A stretch of 64,000 nucleotides of DNA from Eledone cirrhosa. Taxonomy: Eukaryota. The stretch spans positions 162,688,001 through 162,752,000 of the forward strand of contig OZ024740.1 of assembly GCA_964016885.1 (NCBI GenBank), written 5' to 3'. Below, piece by piece: positions 44,155 through 58,694 of the stretch. Made by a program: the position numbers and the translations under genes. The stretch's first letter is position 1; each line of letters opens with the position of its first letter. The notes below the pieces were generated by a model that saw only the letters and a list, made by a program, of their open reading frames with translations, had not been told where the DNA came from and searched no databases.

Positions 44155-44911
44155 CTATTCTCAGTTAAGTCTCCAGGCAATGCGCGGACACTGGCGGCTC
44201 ATATAAAAATAATAATAATTCGGTAGATCGAACAGCTTGCGAGGACTGGATTCTATGTACCGAAATTCTCACTGCTTCAAGTCAAATGGCCGATTCTAAA
44301 GAATCAATCACGTGACACAGAGGCTAGTTAGAAGGAATGGGATGGTAAGATGACTGACGCCTACTAACACCCCAAAAAAAATTTTTTTAGAAGTGGTTTT
44401 GACAAGTTTGCTCGACAAATCAGTGATTTGGAGATAAATATAGATAATTTAATATATCAACTAACATAAGCGCACAGATGCACGCCCATGCCAGCAAATA
44501 CACAGGTTATGTCATAGTACCTAGGTGGTTCAATGCAGGAGAATGCAGAACAATAATATAAAGGACGTAAAATAAGAAAATATTTTTTTTTTAAAAAAAA
44601 AATTTTAAAAAATTTTTTTCTTACTTAAATTTTCCAAAATCACTGATTTGTCGAGCAAACTTGTCAAAACCACTTCTAAAAAAATTTTTTTTGGGGTGTT
44701 AGTAGGCGTCAGTCATCTTACCATCCCATTCCTTCTAACTAGCCTCTGTGTCACGTGATTGATTCTTTAGAATCGGCCATTTGACTTGAAGCAGTGAGAA
44801 TTTCGGTACATAGAATCCAGTCCTCGCAAGTTGTTCGATCTACCGAATTATTATTATTTTTATATGAGCCGCCAGTGTCCGCGCATTGCCTGGAGACTTA
44901 ACTGAGAATAG

Positions 44912-44993
44912 ACTTCCTGATGACGCAATGAATTCTCGACAGTTGGATTACGTAACTGTCTTTATCCCATTGCAGAAACTAATTAGTTGGAGT
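44912..44993 (+). ncRNA. Hammerhead ribozyme motif, array copy 3
   Basis: ACTTC-CTGATGA-cGCAATG...(GACAGTT/AACTGTC)...CATTGCa-GAAA-CTAATTAG-TT-GGAGT. Confidence 0.8.
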
Positions 44994-45469
44994 GAAAATT
45001 TAAGTAAGAAAAAAATTTTTTTAAATTTTTTTTTAAAAAAATATTTTCTTATTTTACGTCCTTTATATTATTGTTCTGCATTCTCCTGCATTGAACCACC
45101 TAGGTACTATGACATAACCTGTGTATTTGCTGGCATGGGCGTGCATCTGTGCGCTTATGTTAGTTGATATATTAAATTATCTATATTTATCTCCAAATCA
45201 CTGATTTGTCGAGCAAACTTGTCAAAACCACTTCTAAAAAAATTTTTTTTGGGGTGTTAGTAGGCGTCAGTCATCTTACCATCCCATTCCTTCTAACTAG
45301 CCTCTGTGTCACGTGATTGATTCTTTAGAATCGGCCATTTGACTTGAAGCAGTGAGAATTTCGGTACATAGAATCCAGTCCTCGCAAGCTGTTCGATCTA
45401 CCGAATTATTATTATTTTTATATGAGCCGCCAGTGTCCGCGCATTGCCTGGAGACTTAACTGAGAATAG

Positions 45470-45551
45470 ACTTCCTGATGACGCAATGAATTCTCGACAG
45501 TTGGATTACGTAACTGTCTTTATCCCATTGCAGAAACTAATTAGTTGGAGT
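45470..45551 (+). ncRNA. Hammerhead ribozyme motif, array copy 4
   Basis: Identical to 44912-44993. Confidence 0.8.
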
Positions 45552-45829
45552 GAAAATTTAAGTAAGAAAAAAATTTTTTTAAATTTTTTTTTAAAAAAAT
45601 ATTTTCTTATTTTACGTCCTTTATATTATTGTTCTGCATTCTCCTGCATTGAACCACCTAGGTACTATGACATAACCTGTGTATTTGCTGGCATGGGCGT
45701 GCATCTGTGCGCTTATGTTAGTTGATATATTAAATTATCTATATATATATATATATATATATAACTATATGTATCGCTTATCCCTTTAAACCTCTTCTTC
45801 TCTCTCACGATACTTAAATATTCTCTCTC

Positions 45830-45928
<99 letters not shown>

Positions 45929-45978
45929 AGTATCGTGAGAGAGAAGAAGAGGTTTAAAGGGATAAGCGATACATATAG

Positions 45979-46013
<35 letters not shown>

Positions 46014-46419
46014 TACAATTGAAGAAAGTTAGTTGCTCAAAAATCTGCCGACTTATTCTTAAACTGACGTGAAGTACTCCGCGGTTTTTATTCCTTAGAA
46101 TTTTCCCAGTAAAGTAACGTCCGGAGTTTTAGTAGAATAAATAAGAAAGACGGTTTTATTCGGACATCTTTATTTTATTCGTTATACTTATTTCGAAGAT
46201 GTAAAGTAGTTATATAATAACCACCTTACACATTCTCCTCAGACAAACTGCTACCAGTCCGACGAGTACTGGTCGGCAAAGTTAATAATACGTCGGACTG
46301 GTAGCATATCAATGGAAAATTACATCTCGTTTGAGAACGCGTAAGATGCTTATTTTATAACTACCTTACATATTCGAAAGACGTATAACGAAAAATATAA
46401 AGAAGTACTAATAAAACCG

Positions 46420-46464
<45 letters not shown>

Positions 46465-46600
46465 AAAATAGTCAAGACTCCGACGGCTTGAGCTCTGCCG
46501 TCGGCGTCTTGACTCTTTTCCTATTACCCACTCTACTACCCAAAGTATCGAGTACTCTGGTGCGTTATGGTCCACTTGGTTCCTTACCACACTTCCTTCG

Positions 46601-46647
<47 letters not shown>

Positions 46648-47146
46648 TTAGTTAAGCAAAACAAGACCACAAATTTCACAAGGAAGACATTATTAAAAGA
46701 TTGTCAACATATTTTAGTTTGATGTAAGGAATGTAGAGAATAATAATAATAATATTAATAATAATAATGTCCGTTTACAATTGTTTCGCTACTCCATATA
46801 ATATTTCTGGATCAGATGACTATATATCATAATTGATCTGGTTCAGTTGAAAATAATTAACATATTTAAAAGACAGAGCTACATTCCTTACATCAAACGA
46901 AAATATGTTGACAATCTTTTAATGTCTTCCTTGTGAAATTTGTGGTCTTGTTTTGCTTAGCTAATGAATATTTCCAGCTCTGCGCACCTAACTTCTGCAT
47001 TAACCCAGCCACATAGCTGCTTTCTACTGCATATTGCACATTGAGCACATGCCTTTACGCTTTGGCTTCTAACTAATTCACCAATCTCTCCTCTCATATC
47101 TCCTCTCCTATCTCCATCTCTCTCTTTAAGATTGGTTACTTTTGAA

Positions 47147-47208
<62 letters not shown>

Positions 47209-47374
47209 TTCCTACAGTATGGGATACCATTCTGTTTACGCAGAATTGAAAAAGTACTTTTTTTCTTTAACAATTTATTGTTATTAGCTGTGTGCTGAGT
47301 TTCGGGGCTGCTCATGCTCACAAAAACAAGATGTTGTAGGACAGAACAAAGGAGGGACTCAAAATAACAAATTA

Positions 47375-47417
47375 GTCACTGAGGAAGTGATAGAATATGT
47401 GACGAAAGAGCTTTGAC
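47375..47417 (+). ncRNA. Hammerhead motif (mirror copy at 48274-48316, minus strand)
   Basis: GTCA-CTGAGGA-agtgatagaatatgtgac-GAAA-gagc-TT-TGAC. Stem II is weak. Confidence 0.5.
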
Positions 47418-47894
47418 AATATTCAAATAAACAACCATCCAATTATTAAACTAACCAACTGGAAATTAATAATAATCTGAAGTGAAAACGAACAAGTGCG
47501 TGTGCTTTTATTAATATTATTACCCCCCTCCCAAAGTATGAAAAAATATATACTTATATATATATATATATATATTGTCATACTTTGGATGTATATATAG
47601 TGTATTTTGCAATACACTGTATGCTTAATTAAAAGCATTTCGAAGACCTTACGCTATTGTTTTAGAGTAGTGACAGACTCACTTACATCAATTTTCAGCA
47701 AACAGGGGAGATAAAGCTGACATAGCTCTGTTTCGCACTTTTTGAAGAAATTGAAAATTAGAATTGGTGCTCTGAAATAGCGATATATATATGAATGTAT
47801 ATATAGTGTATTATATATATAGCAGTTCCTGATTATTACTGGAATTCTTTAAGAATCAAACATTCATAATTTTCAGCAAACAGGCGGAGTAGTT

Positions 47895-47939
47895 AGCTTT
47901 GATAAGCACCAAAAAGTGCGAAACAGAGTTCTGTCAGCT
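47895..47939 (+). ncRNA. Degenerate hammerhead (two core transitions)
   Basis: AGCT-tTGATaA-GCAC-caaaaa-GTGC-GAAA-CAG-agtt-CTG-TC-AGCT. All three stems are perfect and the triplet is GUC. Confidence 0.6.
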
Positions 47940-48066
47940 TTATCTACCCTGTTTGCTGAAAATTGAAGTAAGTGAGACTGTCACTACTCTAAAACAATAG
48001 CGTAAGGTCTTCGAAATGCTTTTAATTAAGCATACAGTGTATTGCAAAATACACTATATATATACA

Positions 48067-48149
<83 letters not shown>

Positions 48150-48725
48150 TCATACTTTGGGAGGGGGGTAATAATATTAATAAAAGCACACGCACTTGTT
48201 CGTTTTCACTTCAGATTATTATTAATTTCCAGTTGGTTAGTTTAATAATTGGATGGTTGTTTATTTGAATATTGTCAAAGCTCTTTCGTCACATATTCTC
48301 TCACTTCCTCAGTGACTAATTTGTTATTTTGAGTCCCTCCTTTGTTCTGTCCTACAACATCTTGTTTTTGTGAGCATGAGCAGCCCCGAAACTCAGCACA
48401 CAGCTAATAACAATAAATTGTTAAAGAATTAAAAGTACTTTTTCAATTCTGTGTAAACAGAATGGTATCCCATACTGTGGGAACGATATATATATATATA
48501 TATAACAAAGGAAGTGTGGTAAGGATCCAAGTGGACCATAACGCACCAGAGTACTCGATACTTTGGGTAGTAGAGTGGGTAATAGGAAAATAGTCAAGAC
48601 CCCGACGGCAGAGCTCAAGCCGTCGGGGTCTTGACTATTTTCCTATATATATATAAATGAAAAGTATAGAAATTATTGTAGCGAGAAGTTAACAGTATTC
48701 CATAATATATAATATATAATATATA

Positions 48726-48757
<32 letters not shown>

Positions 48758-49163
48758 CGGTTTTATTAGTACTTCTTTATATTTTTCGTTATACGTCTTT
48801 CGAATATGTAAGGTAGTTATAAAATAAGCATCTTACGCGTTCTCAAACGAGATGTAATTTTCCATTGATATGCTACCAGTCCGACGTATTATTAACTTTG
48901 CCGACCAGTACTCGTCGGACTGGTAGCAGTTTGTCTGAGGAGAATGTGTAAGGTGGTTATTATATAACTACTTTACATCTTCGAAATACGTATAACGAAT
49001 AAAATAAAGATGTCCGAATAAAACCGTCTTTTTTATTTATTATACTAAAACTCCGGACGTTACTTTACTGGGAAAATCCTAAGGAACAAAAACCGTGGAG
49101 TACTTCACGTCTGTTTAAGAATAAGTCGGCAGATTTTTGAGCAACCAACTTTCTTCAATTGTA

Positions 49164-49210
<47 letters not shown>

Positions 49211-49402
49211 TGGTAAAGATGAGAAAAGCTCTATGCTAACTAGTTTCCTTAATACAGCAGTAAGTTAAAAAAAGGCGGAGTATGTTTTCTGTCGCTATAG
49301 ATTCTATTGTAGACTGTTAGGCCACAGGCTGTAGAGCTAAACATTTAAACATGAAGAGAGAATAACCAAGTATTGCTTAAAACATAAGTTTAATTATATA
49401 TA

Positions 49403-49630
49403 TACGAGGTGTGTTAGAAAAGTTCCAGGTCTGATGTCACAAACGATTTATTTCAAACCCAAACTTCACACTAAGAGTTTTCTCCTTCAAAGTAATCCCC
49501 CTGGAGTATGTAACTGTAATCTTAGCTCTCTGCAAGCGATCAAACTTTTTTCTTCATAATTTTATATACATGTCCTCTGATTCAGGTCGTCAAGCATGAG
49601 CACAGAGCAACGAACAAACTTGAAACAATT
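49403..49630. mobile_element. Mariner-like remnant
   Basis: TA-CGAGGTGTGTTAGAAAAGTTCC start, plus TCCTTCAAAGTAATCCCC similar to TCCTTTCAAAGTACTTCCCC near 1436. Confidence 0.4.
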
Positions 49631-49646
49631 CCAATTTTGAAACTGC

Positions 49647-49686
<40 letters not shown>

Positions 49687-50479
49687 ATGCAGTTTCTTTC
49701 TTACTTCACGAGATTCATAACCTACACATAAGTCAGTTGTATTTAACTCAGATTATTAAAATACTTAATGAGCAGTTTGAAAAAGAGACTACATTTTATA
49801 TTTGGAGTACTGTTTAACTGCCTCTAAGGTCTACTCAACATTTAGAGTTTCCTCGTTTAAAATATAGTTAAATTATTGCAGCCTATTATATAATGGCATA
49901 AATACAAGAAAAGAACAAAACGAAAAAGTTGTTCTACTGTTCTTTCTATTTGAACTGACAGTTTAACACGCTTTCCTCACGTTCTGTCCACCACTGTCGC
50001 CTTCAATTACAGCATGCGTTTGAGGAAATACCAAACTCCACCTGAAAGTGGGGGTCACTTATCACGACTACTTCCTCTTCCGAGTGGCCTTCAATGGATC
50101 TATAAGTGGTCACAGGTTTTTGTTTTATTTTTATTTTTATTTTTCATTTTGTTTTGTTCTGTTTTTGTTTTTGTTTTGTTTTGTTTCTTTTGCTTTGCTT
50201 GCCTTTTTTTTCTTCTATAAACCAGAGTACATAACATATTTCTGCTTTTACATTTTGCTCTTTGCTAATGTTTTTTTCTTTTTCTCCTTCTTAATAATAA
50301 TACTTTCTTTATTATTATTATTGCCCTTGTTTACACTCGACGTCTACGCGTCGGCTTCTGTAAGTTTGTGGTTTTTCGCAAAAATAAACCGACAGGAGAC
50401 CCAGAGGTAGACCCCGAGCAAGATGGTTGGATAACATCCACTATATGTATCTCACTCTGTACATTAACTAATCTACCGC

Positions 50480-52142
50480 TTAAGGAAACCGATGGAATAA
50501 AACCAATGTTTCCCAGAAGGCAGATATTACATGACGGAAATTTCTACATTTAGTAGTGACATTGACTGCTTCTACCTGAAATGTAAACAGCGAGGAAGAG
50601 GCTTAACACCAGTCCAAACAGCATTTGGATGTCACCTCATATCCCTCCAACAACATCTACGAACTATCAAGTGTAGAATCCCATCTAGAGAACAAGTGTG
50701 TCTACATGAGGCAGATAACATCATGAGAAATGGGAAGAAACTCCATGGGAAATACTTTTTGCTTGATAACTAAAAACTACACGCCGATAAATTGCATATC
50801 CATGGATAAAAAGCTGCAAGCTTATTAGCAACAAATCATGCCTGATCATGTTACCAGAAACCTTCCAAGTGAGAATAATACATATAAGCAAAACAATTTA
50901 TCTTGGACCAAAAACCGGTATATTGGCTCTCATTTTGAGGGATATGCTTTGGAATCCAAGAACAGGAAATAGAAATGAAATACCTAATGAACAAAAGAGA
51001 TAGGAAATCAGGCAAAACACCTAGATGTGATAATAGATGCAGACTCTTCGGAATAAACATCGAAGATGTCACATATAATGTGCCGCTGCCCAAATATGTT
51101 ACCATGATACAATCTACTTATGAGACATGATGTAATAGCCAAAACACTATATAATGGAAAGTTTAGCCATGAGTATAAACGTATAAAAAGTTACAGTGAT
51201 ATGGGGGGATATATGCATACATAATATGAAAGATTTGTGAAATGTTTCAGTCAAAACCCAAATAAAATGCAAACATAACAGACCAGGCATAGTGTTATGG
51301 CATAGAGAAAAGAAGACATGAACTGTAGTGGAGATCAGCTGCCCAGCAGATGTCAATATAATACTAAAGATCAGTGTAAAGGAGAATATTTATGCTGAAC
51401 TAATTAGGAATCTACAGATACACGACTCTGACTATAGCTTTAGATTGGGGTTCTGGTTTATTTAGAAACAGCCCCAATACAAATCTTGAGAAGCTGGGCT
51501 TCACAGAACAAGAAAAGGCACGGCTAGTTAGGAAATTACAAGTATAATCCATTAATGGAACAGTAAAAATATGTAAAACATTCCAAAAATTTTGCATCGA
51601 ATAACTGCATATACACATGCACACATACAACTCAAAACATCCACATCCACACATACAATAACAGCCATATCTACACATGCATGCATGCAAACATACATAC
51701 ATATCTACCTAGTTGATGTTGTGTAAATTCCAATGAGAGAGTCTTGTGTCATTCCATTAATCCATTAATGGAACTGTAAATATATGTAAAACATTTCAGA
51801 AATTCAGCATGTAATAATTGTATACACCATGTATAGATACAGAAACATATGCACAAATACACATATAACACTAAACATACAGAGCCATACATGCAATAAC
51901 ACCCATAGCTGCAAACACACGCACACACACATATACACACACACACACACACAGTCACACACACATACGCACACTCACACACACACGCACGCACACACAT
52001 ACACACACACACACACAGAGATACAGACATACATACGTAATTACTTGGTGACTAAATTCCAATGAAAGTCTTGTTTCTATATTAAAAACCGACTCTCTCT
52101 CTCTCACACATACTCTCTCTCTCTCTCTCTCACACACACATA

Positions 52143-52175
<33 letters not shown>

Positions 52176-52228
52176 ACACTATCTCTGTTCGTGAAAATTT
52201 ATGAAATAATTATAAAACCAGAAGATCA
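50480..52228 (+). pseudogene. R4/Dong-type non-LTR retrotransposon 3' half plus a second diverged 3' end, tail into (CATA)n
   Basis: DIDCFYLKCKQRGRGL...HFEGYAFGIQEQEI...CDNRCRLFGINIEDVT...RHDVIAKTLY...KCKHNRPG...TVVEISCPADVN. Homologous to 27457-28812. A second tail begins at 51751. Confidence 0.88.
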
Positions 52229-53005
52229 TACATACATACATACATACATACATACATACATACATACATACACACATACCTACATACATACACTCACACA
52301 CATACATACATACATACATACATACATACATACATACATACATACATACATACATACATGCATACATACATACATACACTCACACACATACATACATACA
52401 TACATACATACATACATACATACATACATACATACATACATACATACACACACACATACATACACACATACATACATACATACATACATACATACATACA
52501 TACATACATACATACATACATACATACATACGTATAGTTTTTCCTTGACTGTGTCACTAAACATATATGACAAGAAATCGACAAAGTGTGATAACATCAC
52601 ATTTAATCAATCAAGGCAAAAACAAGCGAACAAGTAGTAATTATATGTAATTTCCTAAACACAAGATGAATGTCAACCGAATGTAAGGAAATGATGAAAT
52701 AAACAAACAATTAAAGAACACGAATATAATTCTAGAATGAGAAGAATATATATGAAATTATAAGTAAAATAGATATTGCCCAACGGCGGAGTAAAAAAAA
52801 GGGAAAAGAAAAATGAGAAACAAAAGACAAAATGGTAGTCAGGTGGGTGATAGGATTGTGTGTAATATGACTGTGTGATGTGACTGTGTGTATGTGATGT
52901 GTGTGTGTGGTGTGCGTGTGTGTGGTGTGTGTGTGTGTCTGCATCTATCAGTGAGTGTTTTATATGGATATATGTATCTATTTGTACACATATATGCGCA
53001 TATAA

Positions 53006-53166
<161 letters not shown>

Positions 53167-53167
53167 T

Positions 53168-53284
<117 letters not shown>

Positions 53285-53492
53285 ATATGGGTCTGTGTAC
53301 GCGTATGCATTCATATACAGATATGTGTATATACACATATAATATATACATGTACTTATATAGACGTATACATATATATAATTATATATATACGTATATA
53401 TCTATATACATAAATACACATATTTATATATACATACATATATACATACATGTATATATATATATATATATATGCATGTATATATATATATA

Positions 53493-53579
<87 letters not shown>

Positions 53580-53591
<12 letters not shown>

Positions 53592-53747
53592 AAGCTTTCA
53601 CCGTATTTTAGACTAAAAAAATTTCTAGCCTGGTGTGGGTTCGACTCCCATGTACAGCAACACACATCTTTCTCCGAGGGTTATAAACCCCACTGTCAGG
53701 CTAGAAATTTCTAGTCTAAAATACGGTGAAAGCTTATATTTTCTAAT
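53580..53747. repeat. Fold-back hairpin ending in a hammerhead 3' half on both strands
   Basis: TTAGAAAATATAAGCTTTCACCGTATTTTAGACTA... is mirrored by ...TAGTCTAAAATACGGT-GAAA-GC-TT-ATATTTTCTAA. Confidence 0.8.
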
Positions 53748-53811
53748 TTCTAATTTCAAACTCGCGCACCGTTTCAAAAACATACTTACATGTTTACGTT
53801 TATAATTTGCT

Positions 53812-53875
<64 letters not shown>

Positions 53876-54260
53876 CATGCATACATGATGGCTGCTCCCT
53901 CGTTATTGAGTATGGCCATTGCACGATATAACCTTATTAATAATTATTAATTAATTCTATCGTGCAATGGCTGTGCGTGGAGATTTGTTTTAAGTGGGGA
54001 AAGACTGTGCACTGAGCCAATCCCACTCTCTGAGCGACAGTAGCTATGACCCGAAAAGAAGAAAAGATGAACATCATCGGAAACTACTTAGCCGCAGGTT
54101 TTATATCGGAGTTATCCCAGTTTCCTGAGTTGCCTTCTCCTAGAAGAACATCTTGTTAAAGGCTAGGGGTCCCAGTGGTTTAATCACACGATCGGGTATC
54201 CAGCCCAAATATTTCTATGTCCCCGCACATATACACATATACATACATATGCACATATGG

Positions 54261-54325
<65 letters not shown>

Positions 54326-54770
54326 ACGAAGGAAATGTGGTAAGGAACCAGATGGACCATAACGCACCAAAGTACTCAATACTTAGGGTAGTAGAGTGGG
54401 TAATAGGAACGAGTAGGACCCCGACGGCTGAGCTCAAGCCGTTTCGACGGCTAATTCTGGACCCGAATTAGCCGTCGAAACGGCTTGAGCTCAGCCGTCG
54501 GGATCCTACTCGTTCCTATATATATATATATATGTACATATATATACATATTTACACATTTTCGAGTGCCCGTTGACTCTTATGAGTTCTTCCGCCCTTT
54601 GTCAGGTTTTGTTTTTTGTCCTGCAGGGTGTCCAAAATCACCCTCCTCGCCAAGTAAATTTGCCGCTTTGGTCGCAGACGACCCGACCATATGACAGGTT
54701 GTACTGGGTTATATGTTACCAGTAGCACTCAAGAGTCACCCGACATACATACATACATACATATATATGT

Positions 54771-54818
54771 AGGCAATCTGAAGAGACCCCCATCCTTGAA
54801 ACTTCGAAGTTACTGCCT
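54771..54818 (+). ncRNA. Hammerhead motif
   Basis: AGGCAaT-CTGAAGA-gacccccatcctt-GAAA-CTTCGAAG-TT-AcTGCCT. Stem III is palindromic and stem II is weak. Confidence 0.6.
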
Positions 54819-55125
54819 CCGTTTTCTTCGGAAAATATAATGTATATTCTGCTCACAGGTATAGAGTGCTCGTTCGATATGAGTGTATATATATATACGT
54901 CAGCAGTGTATCCCCAGCAAAATGTTGGTGATTAGGTATGGCGGAGTTTCCATTTACGAAATATTGTTAAGATAGGGTTAACCCTGTCTTAATATTATTT
55001 CGTCGAAACGGCTTGAGCTCTGCCGTCGGGGTCTTGAACATTTTCCTATTACCCACTCTACTACCCTAAGTATTGAGTACTCTAGTGCGTTATGGTCCAT
55101 CTGGTTCCTTACCACACTTCCTTCG

Positions 55126-55203
<78 letters not shown>

Positions 55204-55209
<6 letters not shown>

Positions 55210-55268
55210 TTCTACAGGACTAGAACTGTTTCATTCGTGAGAAATCATCAGTCCTGTAGAAGCTCTTC
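55204..55268 (-). ncRNA. Hammerhead-like motif inside a long hairpin (collapsed relatives at 40895-40940 and 41043-41088)
   Basis: Minus strand: AGCTTCTACAGga-CTGATGA-tttctcacgaat-GAAAC-agttcta-GTC-CTGTAGAAGCT. Confidence 0.6.
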
Positions 55269-55470
55269 TATATTAAAACTTTTATACTCTGCCATGTATT
55301 GAGTACCTTACTTACTGTGGTTACCTCCGATTCAGCCCGCAATACCTTATATATACCTTATATATATATACCTTATATATACCTTACACATATATATATA
55401 CCTTATATATACCTTATATATTTTTTTTTTTCACTGGAAAAAATCTGTCACCATTTTCTTTTCCTTTTTA

Positions 55471-55508
<38 letters not shown>

Positions 55509-55532
55509 TAAATATATATATATATATATATA

Positions 55533-56135
55533 TGGTGTAGTCGAAGGAATACGATCAAGCCAAGCCAAAGTCAGTAGTGGCGTTCCACAAGGCTCTGTGT
55601 TCAGCCCACTTCTTTTCATTATCTATATCAATGACATTATCGGGGTCATTAATCACAGTAACATAAGAATCTTTGCCAGATTTTTCCAAGCTCCAGAAGG
55701 TCATCAATGGAGAGGAAGACCGGACATCAGATCTACTTGCTGTTATCCATTTGGTGGGAAAGAACTATATGCTGCTGGGCGAGGATCAATTTGAATTAAT
55801 CCATTTTGGAAAAGAGGATACACTGAAACTCATATTCTCGTCCTTCCGGTGAAACTCTCGTGGTATCCAACAACATCAGAGACTTGGGAGTAATTGCTGA
55901 TAACAACATAAGCTGGGACACTCATATAAACAGCAAAGTTGACATGGCCGGCAGAATGTGTTCCTCGAATTCTCAGAACATTCCACTCGAGAGATATTTA
56001 CACAATTATCCTTCTCTTCTCTACTTTTTCCCGACCCCACCTTGAACACTGTTGTGGTCTCCCCACGTGAAACAAAGTATCATGACAATTGAATCACCTC
56101 AAAGATGAATCACAAAAAAGATAGATGGCATGACA
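55533..56135 (+). pseudogene. CR1/L2-group LINE reverse-transcriptase fragment
   Basis: SGVPQGSVFSPLLFIIYINDI...IRIFA(DD) and IRDLGVIADNNISWDTHINSKVDMAGRMC. Frameshifted. Confidence 0.85.
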
Positions 56136-56166
56136 GGCCTTCTTTCTTTTATAGATAAATAAATAA

Positions 56167-56465
<299 letters not shown>

Positions 56466-56797
56466 TATGTATGTATGTATGTACAACAGTGCTGCACTTT
56501 CTCTTCAGGTTTGAACCAATTACAATTCTATACAAACCCCTTAAAAGATATTGGGTGTGTTATTTGACACACACATACAGACCCGATCTCCTTATATATA
56601 TATGTAGGAAAAAGTATGACCCCGACGGCAGAGCTCAAACCGTTTCGACGGCTATTTCTGGGTCCAGAAATAGCCGTCGAAACGGCTTGAGCTCTGCCGT
56701 TGGTGTCACACTTTTTCCTATTACCCACTCTACTACCCTAAGTATTGAGTACTCTGGTGGGTTATGGTCCATCTGGTTCCTTACCACAATTCCTTCG

Positions 56798-56836
<39 letters not shown>

Positions 56837-57277
56837 AATAAACGTGCTGCGTGGTTGCATATGAATAAACTTAGTCCTTCATCAGTGATCTTCCAACCAT
56901 CATTGGTATTTCATCGCTTTAAAGACCATATACCTCCGGTTCGTGCGAGCAACGGCTAAAAAAGGTCGTTGGGACACGTAAATAAAGGGGACACGAGAGT
57001 GTAAACAAACAAAGATGGTGAAGCAACGAAAAGTGAGGAAGAAGGAGTCAAGTCCCAAATTTCCATGAATATAAGTTCGGTGAAATCGTGAACGAGGGAG
57101 AATAAAGACCATCAAACCTGGTTGGAATGTGAGCAAGGAAGGAATTCCGTACAGGTCTAACGGGAGGAAGAAGGGATCTAGTCTGTGAATTCGGTGAACG
57201 TAAGTTGTGTGAAATCGTAGACGAGAGAGAGAAAAAAGCGACAGAGAGAGAAAGAGAGAGATAGTGTCCCCAAAAAC

Positions 57278-57343
<66 letters not shown>

Positions 57344-57432
57344 TCTGTTTGTATGTGTTTGTAAATCCCACTAAAGTGTCAAATGACATTCAGATTTCAA
57401 ATTATAATGAATTTCATAAAACGACAATAATT

Positions 57433-57448
57433 ATGATGGTAGATATGA

Positions 57449-57482
<34 letters not shown>

Positions 57483-57987
57483 GGTGGTGGTGGTGGTGGT
57501 GGTGATTATGATGATGATGATGATGATGATGATGTTGAGGAGGAGACGGAGGGGACATTGTGGTAGTGGTAGTAACGATGATGACAAGGATGATGATATT
57601 TATGGTGTTGTTTTATGATGGTGATGATGATTATGATGACGTTGACGATGATGATGATAATGGGGATAGTAGTGCTGGTGGTGGTAGTGATGACGACGAC
57701 GATGACGATGAGGCGGAGGAGGAGGAGGAGGAAATTGATGATGGTGGGGATGGTAGTGGTGGTGGTGGTGATAGTGATGATGATGATGATGATGATGATG
57801 ATGGTGGTTGTGTTGGTACTGATGATGGTGGTGGTGGTGATGGTGTCAGTTGATAATATATATTTGATGCGAACTGAAATTATTTTCACATATTTATTCA
57901 ATTTATCGAAGTTAATCATAAAAAATATTTCATGATAAATATGAGAAAATATTGATCAGTATTGAGTATTTTTTTAATTATCACCAT

Positions 57988-58022
<35 letters not shown>

Positions 58023-58175
58023 CCGTCTCCTTTATCAGCATCATCATCATCATCATCGTTACCGTCTCCTCCATCATCGTTATCACCACCACCACCATCA
58101 TCGTCTCCTTCATCATCATCATCATTGTCAACATCGCTATCATTCTCATCATCATCATCATCAAAATCGTCATCC

Positions 58176-58215
<40 letters not shown>
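57433..58215. repeat. Degenerate (GAT/GGT)n tract (57433-57855) followed by a complementary (CAT/CAC)n tract (57980-58215)
   Basis: Direct reading. Confidence 0.9.
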
Positions 58216-58694
58216 TAGTATTATATTTTAAATATATTTTTAGTTTTTGCCGTTACTTCTTTGTTGTTGTTGTTGCTGCTGCTTTTACTGTATTTAAAAA
58301 TGCGAAAAATAAATTATTTAAGATATTTATTTTTGTTGAATAAACCTTGATGTTGTTATCGTTTTTTGTTGTTTTGTTGTTGTTTTTTATGAGAAGACGG
58401 TGTTTTCAGGGCTGGATTGTATGAATTATAGAATTAGAATATTTTGAAAACTTGTGTAATTAGATTTACAACGCAGATTTACCTATATAACCTGTATAAG
58501 TAAAAGTATGTATGTGTAGGCCAGTGATTCCTGGTGGTTACCTAAGGGTATTGTAGTGATATTTAATATGCCTTGGGCATTTTAAACCTGGTAGAACCCA
58601 TCTTTTCTCCGGATCTGAACACAGCCGATTTCTTCCAGAGAAAGAGAGTGGAGGTGTAATAGAGCGGAAATGAGAAATAGATATAGAGGAAGAA

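Larger units (their letters stand above)
43440..45745. mobile_element. ~558-bp tandem repeat with one hammerhead per unit, ~2 units on each strand, head-to-head (retrozyme or pLTR array)
   Basis: Period is 559 on the left (43561 to 44120) and 558 on the right (44886 to 45444). The inversion junction is near 44634 and both outer ends run into (TA)n. Confidence 0.9.
46009..49168. repeat. Nested quasi-palindrome A-B-(C)-D-E...E'-D'-B'-A'
   Basis: A 46009-46430 / A' 48748-49168. B 46462-46602 / B' 48503-48643. D 47205-47545 / D' 48148-48486. E 47580-47743 / E' 47911-48070. Modules are separated by (TA)n. Confidence 0.88.

Noticed and set aside
44886-45167. 93-aa ORF repeated in the 558-bp array
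   Set aside because: It has a non-ATG start, its frame shifts with homopolymer length between copies, and it overlaps the ribozyme.
57560-58218. Asp/Gly-rich or poly-His protein
   Set aside because: These are degenerate trinucleotide repeats open in several frames, with no splice or domain support.
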